From: Myxococcota bacterium
GTDB lineage: Bacteria > Myxococcota_A > UBA9160 > PR03
Reading direction: 5' to 3'
Assembly: GCA_035506135.1 (NCBI GenBank)
Contig: DATJPY010000022.1
Span: 40,110 to 104,109, forward strand
Length of the DNA: 64,000 nt
In this document: piece by piece, positions 36,355 to 43,830 of the stretch
Numbering within the stretch: position 1 is the first letter of the stretch
Layout: every line of letters begins with the position of its first letter
Made by a program: the position numbers and the translations under genes
Notes under the pieces: generated by a model
Database searches by the model: none
What the model saw: the letters and a program-made list of their open reading frames with translations, nothing else
What the model was told of the DNA's origin: nothing

Positions 36355-37371
36355 ATGCGGCGCGACCCCGCGTATCACTCCCTGGCGGTGGCCGACGTCG
36401 CCGACGAGACCGCCGACGCGCGCTCCTTCGTGCTCGAGGTCCCTCCGTCCCTCGAGCAGACGTTCGCCTACGCCGCCGGGCAGTTCTGCACGTTCCGCAC
36501 CGCCATCGGCGGCGAGCCCGTCGCCCGCTGCTACTCGATGTCGAGCTCTCCCGACGCGGGGGACCGCTTCGCCGTCACGGTGAAGCGGGTCCCGGGCGGG
36601 AGGATGTCGAACTGGATGAACGACACGCTCTCGCCGGGCGACACGATCGAGGTGATGCCCCCGACGGGCCGGTTCGTGCTGCGTCCAGCCGAGAGTCCGA
36701 TCGTCGCCTTCGCGGGCGGGAGCGGCATCACCCCGATCCTCTCGATCGTCAAGACTGCGCTCGTCCGCACGCGCCGGGAGGTCTCGCTCGTGTACGCCAA
36801 CCGCGACGCGGAGAGCGTGATCTTCGCGCGCGAGCTCGAGCGCCTGCGCGCGTCGTCGGGTGGACGCCTCTCGGTGCATCATCACCTCGATGCGGGGCGC
36901 GGGTTCCTCGACGCCGCGGCGTGCGCGGCGCTCGTCGCCGGCCGCACGCACGCCGACTTCTACGTGTGCGGTCCCGGCCCGTACATGGAGGTGGTCGGGG
37001 CCGGCCTGGATCGAAGCGGGGTCGCCGCGAGCCAGGTCTTCATCGAGCGGTTCGAGCTGCCCGAGGAGACTCCCGGAGCCACGGCGCCGTCGGAGACGGA
37101 GTCGGTGGTGATCCGACTCGATCGGCGCAAGCACGCGATCAGCTACCAGCCGGGCGACACCCTCCTCGACACGGCGCGTCGCGCGGGCCTCGCGCCGCCG
37201 TTCGCATGCCAGGCGGGAAGCTGCGGCACGTGCATGGCCTTCCTCGAGTCGGGGCGGGTCGCGATGCGCGCCAACAACGCCCTGTCGGACGACGAGGTCG
37301 AGGCGGGGTGGGTGCTCACCTGCCAGGCCGTCCCGACGAGCCGCGAGGTCGTCGTCGACTACGACCGGTGA
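36355..37371 (+). CDS. ferredoxin-NAD(P)H reductase with C-terminal plant-type [2Fe-2S] domain (KshB/PaaE/phthalate-dioxygenase-reductase type), 338 aa
   Basis: RCYSMSS (RxYS flavin motif), GGSGITP NAD motif, CQAGSCGTC..x29..C cluster motif. Confidence 0.85.
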   Translation: MRRDPAYHSLAVADVADETADARSFVLEVPPSLEQTFAYAAGQFCTFRTAIGGEPVARCYSMSSSPDAGDRFAVTVKRVPGGRMSNWMNDTLSPGDTIEVMPPTGRFVLRPAESPIVAFAGGSGITPILSIVKTALVRTRREVSLVYANRDAESVIFARELERLRASSGGRLSVHHHLDAGRGFLDAAACAALVAGRTHADFYVCGPGPYMEVVGAGLDRSGVAASQVFIERFELPEETPGATAPSETESVVIRLDRRKHAISYQPGDTLLDTARRAGLAPPFACQAGSCGTCMAFLESGRVAMRANNALSDDEVEAGWVLTCQAVPTSREVVVDYDR

Positions 37372-37393
37372 TCCGGGCGGCTCCGCCGAGAGC

Positions 37394-38347
37394 TCAGAGC
37401 TCCGGGCAGAGCGAGGCCAGGAACGCGAGCGTCCGCGCCCTCGACTCGATGCGCGCGGCGCGGTCGGGCCCGAGCGCGAGGACGCGGACCGCCAGGTCGG
37501 TCGTTCCCGCGTCGCGGAAGGCGCGCAGCCGCTCGACGACCATCGATTCGTCACCGGCCGCGAGGATGTCTCCCACGTCGGTGGCGTCCCCGCGATCGAG
37601 CAGGCGCTGGTAGTTCGGGCAGAACTCGGCATGGCCCAAGGTCCGATTGGCCCAGTCCCGCGCGGCGTCCACCTCGTCCTTCGGACAGAGGGCCACGGGG
37701 ACCCCGGCGACGATCCGCGGAGCGGGGCGGCCGGCCTCGGCGGCAGCCTTCGTGATGCGCGGCGCGACGTGCTCTCCGATGGCTCGCTCGTCGGCGAGCC
37801 ACAGGATCGTCCCCGACGCGTGCTCGCCGGCGACGCGGAGCATCACGGGCGCGAGCGCCGCGAGCAGGATGGGATTGGGGCCGTGGTCCGTGACGTCCAT
37901 CGGGCTGTGCACGCGGTACACGTCGTTCTCGACGTCCACCGAGCCCGGGCCGCGCAGCGCGGCGTTCAGCACCTCCAGGTACGCGCGCATCTCGTGGGCC
38001 GGCCGCTCGTACGGGAGGCCGAGCATGCCCCCGATGACCCAGTGGTGCGACACGCCGAGCCCCAGCGTGAAGCGGCCCTCGCACACGGCCTGGTTCGAGA
38101 GCACCTCCTGCGCCATCGCGATCGGATGGCGGGTCTGGATCGGCAGCACCGCGGTCCCGAGCTCGATCCGCTCGGTCGCGCGCCCCATGAGCGTGATCGC
38201 GGTGAACGCGTCGAAGTCGCCAGGGATCTGGGGCACCCAGACGGAGGTGAAGCCGTCCCGCTCGGCCGCCTCGGCGTCGGCCGTGAGCTGCGCCACTTTG
38301 TGGCGGTAGCGCCTCCGCTCCGGGCCGATCATCAGGCCGATCCGCAC
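37394..38347 (-). CDS. luciferase-like (LLM-class, possibly F420-dependent) oxidoreductase, 317 aa
   Basis: GTG at 38347 after GAGGAGG (VRIGLMIGPE..). TIM-barrel LLM pattern ..FTSVWVPQ.., ..RFTLGLGVSH... Cofactor not determinable from sequence alone. Confidence 0.75.
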   Translation of the reverse strand: MRIGLMIGPERRRYRHKVAQLTADAEAAERDGFTSVWVPQIPGDFDAFTAITLMGRATERIELGTAVLPIQTRHPIAMAQEVLSNQAVCEGRFTLGLGVSHHWVIGGMLGLPYERPAHEMRAYLEVLNAALRGPGSVDVENDVYRVHSPMDVTDHGPNPILLAALAPVMLRVAGEHASGTILWLADERAIGEHVAPRITKAAAEAGRPAPRIVAGVPVALCPKDEVDAARDWANRTLGHAEFCPNYQRLLDRGDATDVGDILAAGDESMVVERLRAFRDAGTTDLAVRVLALGPDRAARIESRARTLAFLASLCPEL

Positions 38348-38413
38348 CCTGCCCTCCTCGCGACCGCTCGCCCGACCCGGGTCCGACGCCACCCTAGCCG
38401 GGCCGGGAGGGCC

Positions 38414-38443
38414 TGGCAATTGGATTCTCGTTTCGGGAGAATT
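38414..38443 (+). promoter_or_regulatory. promoter TGGCAA-N17-GAGAAT with embedded inverted repeat ATTCTC-N7-GAGAAT upstream of the second TetR gene
   Basis: TGGCAA at 38414-38419, GAGAAT at 38437-38442, ATTCTC at 38424-38429. Lower-GC divergent intergenic region 38348-38475. Confidence 0.35.
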
Positions 38444-38475
38444 ATGCTTTCGATGCAGCTCCGGGCGGGTTCCCC

Positions 38476-39153
38476 ATGGCGAGAGCCGACGACTTGCAGC
38501 ACGCAGACGGACCGGGATGGCGCCAACGAGCGGTCTCGAAGAGCCTGAGCGCCGCGCGCTCGCGCGCGGAGCAGCGCGTCCAGCGCTTCCTCGACGCCGC
38601 GTTCCATCTGATCGACGAGCGGGGCACGACCGAGTTCACGATCCAGGAGGTCGTCGAGCGCTCGAAGCAGTCGCTGCGAGGGTTCTATCAGTACTTCGAT
38701 GGCAAGGACGAGCTCCTGTTCGCGCTGCTGGAGGAGAGCAGCCGCGAGGCGTTCGCCGACATCGTCGGCGCGGTCGAATCCGCCTCCGAGCCGCTCGAGC
38801 GACTTCGCGCGTTCACGATCCGCCTCTACGAATGGTGCGAGCCTCTCGGGAAGGGACGGAAGCGCGGAGCCCACAACCGCCTTCCGCTCTCGGAGTTCTC
38901 CCTCCAGATCGCGCTCAAGAATCCCGAGCGCGTGAGTGCGGTGATGGCCCCGATCTCGCGCATGCTGGTCGAGCTGATCGAGGCGGCCGCCGCGGCGGGC
39001 GCGATCCAGGTGAAGGACGCGCAGCGCGCCGCCGTGCTCGTCCAGCAGTCGGTGGTGTACGGCTGGCTCATGAATCGCCTCGTCCAGAGCGCCAGGATGC
39101 GCGTCACGGCCGAGGACGCCTGGGAGTTCTGCCTGCGCGGGCTTCGCGGCTGA
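38476..39153 (+). CDS. TetR-family transcriptional regulator, 225 aa
   Basis: HTH ..FTIQEVVERSKQSLRGFYQYFDGKDELL... Confidence 0.8.
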   Translation: MARADDLQHADGPGWRQRAVSKSLSAARSRAEQRVQRFLDAAFHLIDERGTTEFTIQEVVERSKQSLRGFYQYFDGKDELLFALLEESSREAFADIVGAVESASEPLERLRAFTIRLYEWCEPLGKGRKRGAHNRLPLSEFSLQIALKNPERVSAVMAPISRMLVELIEAAAAAGAIQVKDAQRAAVLVQQSVVYGWLMNRLVQSARMRVTAEDAWEFCLRGLRG

Positions 39154-39219
39154 GCCGGGCCTGGAGATCGCGCGCGGTCGCCTAGGAACGCTCGAGTCCG
39201 CGGCGAGGACGGCATCTCT

Positions 39220-39516
39220 TCATCCGGTCGAGAACGCCGTGCCGACGAAGTAGCAGCCGAGCAGCATCGCGCCCGTGAAGACGAGCCAGAGATCGGTGAG
39301 CCGGCGCAGCCAGCGGGGCGAGTGTCTTACCTCCATGAACTCCCGGAAGATGATGCGCACCTTGACGAGCGCGATCCCGATCGCCATCGAGGTGATCGCG
39401 ACGTCGGGAGTGGGTGCACGCCGACCCTCGAGCGAGACGACCCCGAGCTGGGCGATCGCGATCGCAGAGAGCGCCAGCCAGGCGAGCGTCAGTCTCCTCG
39501 CGGACGTAGAGCTCAC
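39220..39516 (-). CDS. small 3-TM protein, prokaryotic cytochrome oxidase subunit IV family-like (NorF/NirP position), 98 aa
   Basis: GTG at 39516, 3 nt after the upstream stop. ..IALVKVRIIFREFMEV.. resembles the COX4_pro signature helix. Confidence 0.55.
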   Translation of the reverse strand: MSSTSARRLTLAWLALSAIAIAQLGVVSLEGRRAPTPDVAITSMAIGIALVKVRIIFREFMEVRHSPRWLRRLTDLWLVFTGAMLLGCYFVGTAFSTG

Positions 39517-39519
39517 GGC

Positions 39520-40143
39520 TCACCTCATGACGTAGAGCAGTGCGAAGATCAGGACCCAGAGGTAGTCGATCGTGTGCCAGTAGGTGGCGCCGGTCTCGAT
39601 GATCGCCTGGGAGCGCCGCTCGGGGCTCCGGAGCTGGTGGACGACGATGCCCAGCGCGACGAAGCCGATCAGGAGGTGGAGGAAGTGGATGCCGGTCAGG
39701 AAGTAGTAGAAGGAGAAGAACTCGCTGGCGGTGAACCCGAGCCCCTGGTGGATCTCCCTCGACCACTCGAGCACCTTCGAGACGAGAAACACGGAGCCGA
39801 AGAACATCGTCAGGAGTGCGTGGGTGTGCGCAGAAGAGTACGACCGCGCGCGGGCCAACTGGACGCAGCGCGCCGCCGACCAGGAGCTCGCCAGCAGCAC
39901 GACGGTATTGAACACGCCGACGGCCAGGCTGAGCTTCGCCTGCGATCGCAGGAAGAGCTCGGGGCTCCGGGTCCGGCGGATGACGTAGACGGTGAAGTAG
40001 CCGGCGAAGACCATCGATTCGAATAGGACGAAGGCCCACATGTCGGGCTGGCCGGGTACGAACCGGCCGGCCTCGCGCGTCTCTTGAGAGAGGGCTCGGC
40101 CTTCGCCTGCCTGCGGCCGGGCAGCGTCTGCGCTGCTCGTCAT
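39520..40143 (-). CDS. cytochrome c oxidase subunit III-family protein (NorE/NirO-like), 207 aa
   Basis: ATG at 40143 in an ATGA overlap. 5 TM helices. ..FFSFYYFLTGIHFLHLLIG.. and ..YWHTIDYLWVLIFALLYV.. are CoxIII hallmarks. Confidence 0.8.
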   Translation of the reverse strand: MTSSADAARPQAGEGRALSQETREAGRFVPGQPDMWAFVLFESMVFAGYFTVYVIRRTRSPELFLRSQAKLSLAVGVFNTVVLLASSWSAARCVQLARARSYSSAHTHALLTMFFGSVFLVSKVLEWSREIHQGLGFTASEFFSFYYFLTGIHFLHLLIGFVALGIVVHQLRSPERRSQAIIETGATYWHTIDYLWVLIFALLYVMR

Positions 40144-40973
40144 CGCGCCCCTTGCGTCAGGCCGCGTGCGGCCGGGGCTCGATCGGTCTGGAGCTCCGGC
40201 AGCGGCCCGGTGCCGAAGTCCTCCCGGAGGATCAGCTTCCGGATCAGCGTCAGGAAGGCGATCGTGTAGACGACGAACACGACCATGTTGATCCACCACG
40301 CGATCGCGCCGTTCCAGGCGAACGCACCCTCCTTGAAGATCCACGCCGGTGCGACGACGACCTCCGTGAGCGCGTTGCAGAGATTGAGGTAGCCGAACCA
40401 CTTCGGGAAGACGCCGTTCTCGTCGAGCAGGACCGCGGCCATCCAGACCAGGGAGCCGATCAAGAAGACGCCCATGGTCCCTTCGAACGACAGGAACGCG
40501 AAGTCGTAGAGCCAGCAGAGGAGCGCCGGATCGCGGTCGGGGCGCATGGCGCCGACCGTGCACGCGATGCCCATGAGCAACATGCCAGGAAGCGCGGCGA
40601 GCGCGTAGATCACGAGGTACGAGTACGCGAACGCGCGACTCACCGACATGCGCCGCATCGTATAGGCGAGCGTCGCGTTCATGATCGCCGTTGCGCCGCC
40701 CACGATGAACACGATGGCGAACCCATAGATCAGGCCGTGATGCCGATCGGCGAACCACCGCACGATGCCGGAGGGATCCAACGACGGCTGCGGCGGAGGC
40801 TGGGTCCGCGTGATGACGAAGAACAGCAGGCCGTACAGGTTGTAGAAGACGACCAGCGTCCACCAGCCGATCCACAGCTCACGCTTCTCGTCGCAGCGCC
40901 AGTGCCACGCGATCTTGCGAAGCAGCGAGCCCGACGGCGGCTCGGGCAGGGCGCCCGTCGACGGCGCGCTCAC
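40140..40973 (-). CDS. 6-TM membrane protein of unknown family, 277 aa (paralogue of 40970..41686)
   Basis: GTG at 40973 in a GTGA overlap. Its hydrophobic pattern and the blocks ..MRRMS.., ..MRPDRDPALL.., ..AWNGAIAWWINMVVF.. align with the upstream gene. Confidence 0.6.
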   Translation of the reverse strand: MSAPSTGALPEPPSGSLLRKIAWHWRCDEKRELWIGWWTLVVFYNLYGLLFFVITRTQPPPQPSLDPSGIVRWFADRHHGLIYGFAIVFIVGGATAIMNATLAYTMRRMSVSRAFAYSYLVIYALAALPGMLLMGIACTVGAMRPDRDPALLCWLYDFAFLSFEGTMGVFLIGSLVWMAAVLLDENGVFPKWFGYLNLCNALTEVVVAPAWIFKEGAFAWNGAIAWWINMVVFVVYTIAFLTLIRKLILREDFGTGPLPELQTDRAPAARGLTQGAR

Positions 40974-41686
40974 GACGCCACTGCCTCGTCTTCGGCGCGC
41001 TGGCGCCGGATCGCCCGACCGAGGACGACCGCCATGACGACGATCCAGAGGCCGACGGCGAGGTTTCGCACCCAGAACGTCAGCAGGCCGTCCCAGGCAA
41101 TGGGGCCCGTCATGGCTGCACCCGTGAACGCAGCCGGGATCATCAGAGCGGCGACGACGAGATTGAAGTGTGCCACCCAGGGCCGGAAGACCGGCCGCTC
41201 CTGGCGATCGAGATAGATCGCCAGCGAGAGGATCACGCTCTGCGCGATCAGGAATCCGACCTGACTCGAGAAGGTCACCCACGCGAGATCGTTGAACAGG
41301 AGCGTCAGCTGCGGATCCCGCATCGGGCGGAAGGCGGCGAGGAGCCAGAAGAGATCGGCCATGAGGAAGATGGTGGGGCCACCGGCGGCGCACGCGAGGA
41401 GGGCGTACGAGAAGATCGGCGTGCGATGCGCCATCCTGCGGATCTGGAGGACGATCAGCGCGAGGATCGGGATCAGCCCCACCGCGAACCAGTTGAAGAT
41501 GATCATGCTGTAGCGGATGCGCGGGAGGTTCTCCGGGTCGCGATAGAAGGCCGCGACCTCCTCCGCCGACAGGGTCGGCGACATCGGCGGGAGGAAGCCC
41601 GGGAACAGCAGGAAGACGGAGAGCCAGACGGCGGCCAGCGCGGGCAACGTCCAGAGCAGGATCACCTCGCCATCGGCTCGTCTCAT
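40970..41686 (-). CDS. 6-TM membrane protein of unknown family, 238 aa
   Basis: ATG at 41686 after AGGAAGGGGA. Blocks ..IRRMA.., ..FRPMRDPQLT.., ..AWDGLLTFWVRNLAV... Confidence 0.6.
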   Translation of the reverse strand: MRRADGEVILLWTLPALAAVWLSVFLLFPGFLPPMSPTLSAEEVAAFYRDPENLPRIRYSMIIFNWFAVGLIPILALIVLQIRRMAHRTPIFSYALLACAAGGPTIFLMADLFWLLAAFRPMRDPQLTLLFNDLAWVTFSSQVGFLIAQSVILSLAIYLDRQERPVFRPWVAHFNLVVAALMIPAAFTGAAMTGPIAWDGLLTFWVRNLAVGLWIVVMAVVLGRAIRRQRAEDEAVAS

Positions 41687-41736
41687 CGTTCGGATCCCCT
41701 TCCTCACCGGCGGGAGGCGACGACTTGGCTCGTCGC

Positions 41737-42171
41737 TCACGCCTCCTCCGGCGCTGCGAGCGGATCGTGCTGTCGCCCCGAGTCGAAGCCGCCGTGCTTG
41801 CGCAGGAACGTGGTGGCGCGGCGCCGGATGCGCCAGCCGCCGGCCGTGCGCACGTACTCGTCGCGATACCAGGCGAGGCGCATCGCGTGCGTCTGCTGGT
41901 CGATGAACACGAAGTGCTGGATGCCCGTCGCGCGGTCGCCGTCGAACTCGACGACGGGCATGTTGCCGATGAACTGGCCGCGCGGCGCGGCCTCGAGCAG
42001 GGCCGGCATCCGTTCGACCGTGTACGCGGTGCCGAACGCGCTGTACTCCGCGTCCGGCGTGAAGACCTCGAGCCACTTGTCGACGACGAACTGGCTCGCG
42101 TACGCCATGTAGCGCGAGCACAGCTCGTGGATCTCGACCAGGTCGGCCGCGCGCTGCGGATCCCGGCTCAC
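41737..42171 (-). CDS. NTF2-like/SnoaL-like protein, 144 aa
   Basis: GTG at 42171 in a GTGA overlap. ..IHELCSRYMAYASQFVVDKWLEVFTPDAEY.. and ..YRDEYVRTAGGWRIRRR.. are typical SnoaL_4-type start and end. Confidence 0.65.
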   Translation of the reverse strand: MSRDPQRAADLVEIHELCSRYMAYASQFVVDKWLEVFTPDAEYSAFGTAYTVERMPALLEAAPRGQFIGNMPVVEFDGDRATGIQHFVFIDQQTHAMRLAWYRDEYVRTAGGWRIRRRATTFLRKHGGFDSGRQHDPLAAPEEA

Positions 42172-42503
42172 GGGATCGGTTCGAGCTTGAGCTCGAATTG
42201 GGCCGTGCCGGTGTCCGGGATGTAGGGCTGCCTCCAGATCTCGACGGGGAACGACATCAGAATGAGCGAGTACAGGAGCTTGAGCAGCCGCCACGCATCC
42301 TCGGGCAGCGCGTCGAGCGGGAACTGCTCCAGGTAGCGGATGGCAGCCTCCGCGCGCGGCATGAGCGCGTCGTAGAACGCCTGGATCTCGTCCATCGTGC
42401 TGGCGAGGCGCTTGGCGTAGCGCTCGGGCTCGCTGTCGAGGCACCAGTCCGGGACGAAGCGCTCCAGATCCGAGAACTCAGCGGGGAGCAGGCGTTCGGC
42501 CAT
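42168..42503 (-). CDS. conserved 111-aa protein of unknown function, Rieske-oxygenase-associated (paralogue of 50781..51116)
   Basis: Same length and clearly alignable with the protein after the second Rieske gene (LLP(A/S)EF..LE.., WCL..EPER, FYDA..PRAE.AI.Y...FPLDA.P.DA.RLL.LL.SL.L.S..VE.W.QP). Confidence 0.7.
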   Translation of the reverse strand: MAERLLPAEFSDLERFVPDWCLDSEPERYAKRLASTMDEIQAFYDALMPRAEAAIRYLEQFPLDALPEDAWRLLKLLYSLILMSFPVEIWRQPYIPDTGTAQFELKLEPIP

Positions 42504-42506
42504 CGG

Positions 42507-43808
42507 TCACGTCTCCGCTTGCTTTCGCTTGTAGTCGTCGACCCAGTTGTTGACGACGCGGTTCAGGTGTCGGCACATGAACTCCTGGTCGCCGAGCGGG
42601 AAGGTCGAGACGACGCGCGACTCGAGCCCCATCTGCGTCGCCTCGAGCGTGCCGCAGTCCTCGAGGGCGTACTCCTTGATGGTGGCGATGCCCAGCTGCT
42701 GGGCGAGGCGCTCGCGCACGTTGCGCGGCGGCGTGAAGTACGCGTTCGCCTCGAAGAGGAGGCGATTGTGCGCGACGGGCCAGTAGTGATACGTGAGGTA
42801 CCAGCCCGTCTCCCAGAACACGATCGCGAAGTTCGGGAAGATCTGGAACGAATCGAGGCCCCAGTTCTTCTTCTTTCCCGGGTTGAGACCCGGCGGGAGC
42901 TCGTCGCTCACGATCTCGGACGGGTCCCACGGCCCGAAGAGGCCGCTCCGCATCAGTTGCTCGATCGGGTTGTAGAACGAGGGCACCAGCTTGCCGCCCG
43001 CGCCGCCGGTCGTGGAGCCCACCCGATGCGGGCCGTCGATCTGGAAGTGGCTGGTGTAGAAGCCCTTGTCCTGGTAGTCGGCCTGCCGCATCACCGGGTT
43101 CTGGTGGCCGTGGAGAATGGGCGGGTGATAGAACTCCTGGAATGCGTCCAGGAACACCTTCCAGTTGCTGCGGATGTCGCCGCGGTAGTAGTAGCGCTGC
43201 GTCAGCTTCTCGAACGGATACTGGATCGCGGTGATCATCGGGCCGAGGAACTCGGTGAGCGACTGGCTCGGCTCCTTGGCGAGGTTCACGAAGATGAATC
43301 CCTGCCACACCTCGCAGTGTACCGGCACGAGGCCGTAGTCGGCCTTGTCGATGCCGAAGAACTCGCCCTCTTGCAGGATGAACGAGAGGCGACCGTCGAG
43401 CTCGTACGTCCAGCCGTGGTACTTGCAGGCGAACTTCCGGCAGGTCCCGCTGGTCTCCTCGCCGGGGTGGTCGGTCCACACCAGCTTGTTGCCGCGATGG
43501 CGGCAGACGTTGTGGAAGGCGCGGATCCGGTCGTCCGTGCCCCGGACGATGATGAGCGACGTCTTCGCGACCGCGAGCTCCCGGGTGAAGAAGCCGCCCT
43601 TCCGCCGGAGCTGCTCGACCCGCCCGACGTTCAGCCAGGCCCGCTTGAAGATCGCCTCGCGCTCGAGCTCGAAGAACTCGGACGAGATCGAGCTCTCGTA
43701 TGACACCGGCGCGGTGTCGAGCTCCGGATAGTGCTCCGTCCAGCTGCCCTCCGGAGGCTTGGGGTGCTGCCGGGCGGATTGCTTCGGGACCTTCAGGGAC
43801 TCCGTCAT
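42507..43808 (-). CDS. Rieske [2Fe-2S] non-haem-iron oxygenase alpha subunit, 433 aa
   Basis: ATG at 43808 after GAGGAGG. CRHRG..x..CKYHGW Rieske motif. NWKVFLDAFQEFYHPPILH mononuclear-iron motif. Confidence 0.9.
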   Translation of the reverse strand: MTESLKVPKQSARQHPKPPEGSWTEHYPELDTAPVSYESSISSEFFELEREAIFKRAWLNVGRVEQLRRKGGFFTRELAVAKTSLIIVRGTDDRIRAFHNVCRHRGNKLVWTDHPGEETSGTCRKFACKYHGWTYELDGRLSFILQEGEFFGIDKADYGLVPVHCEVWQGFIFVNLAKEPSQSLTEFLGPMITAIQYPFEKLTQRYYYRGDIRSNWKVFLDAFQEFYHPPILHGHQNPVMRQADYQDKGFYTSHFQIDGPHRVGSTTGGAGGKLVPSFYNPIEQLMRSGLFGPWDPSEIVSDELPPGLNPGKKKNWGLDSFQIFPNFAIVFWETGWYLTYHYWPVAHNRLLFEANAYFTPPRNVRERLAQQLGIATIKEYALEDCGTLEATQMGLESRVVSTFPLGDQEFMCRHLNRVVNNWVDDYKRKQAET

Positions 43809-43830
43809 CTCGTCCGCGCCTCCTCGCCGC

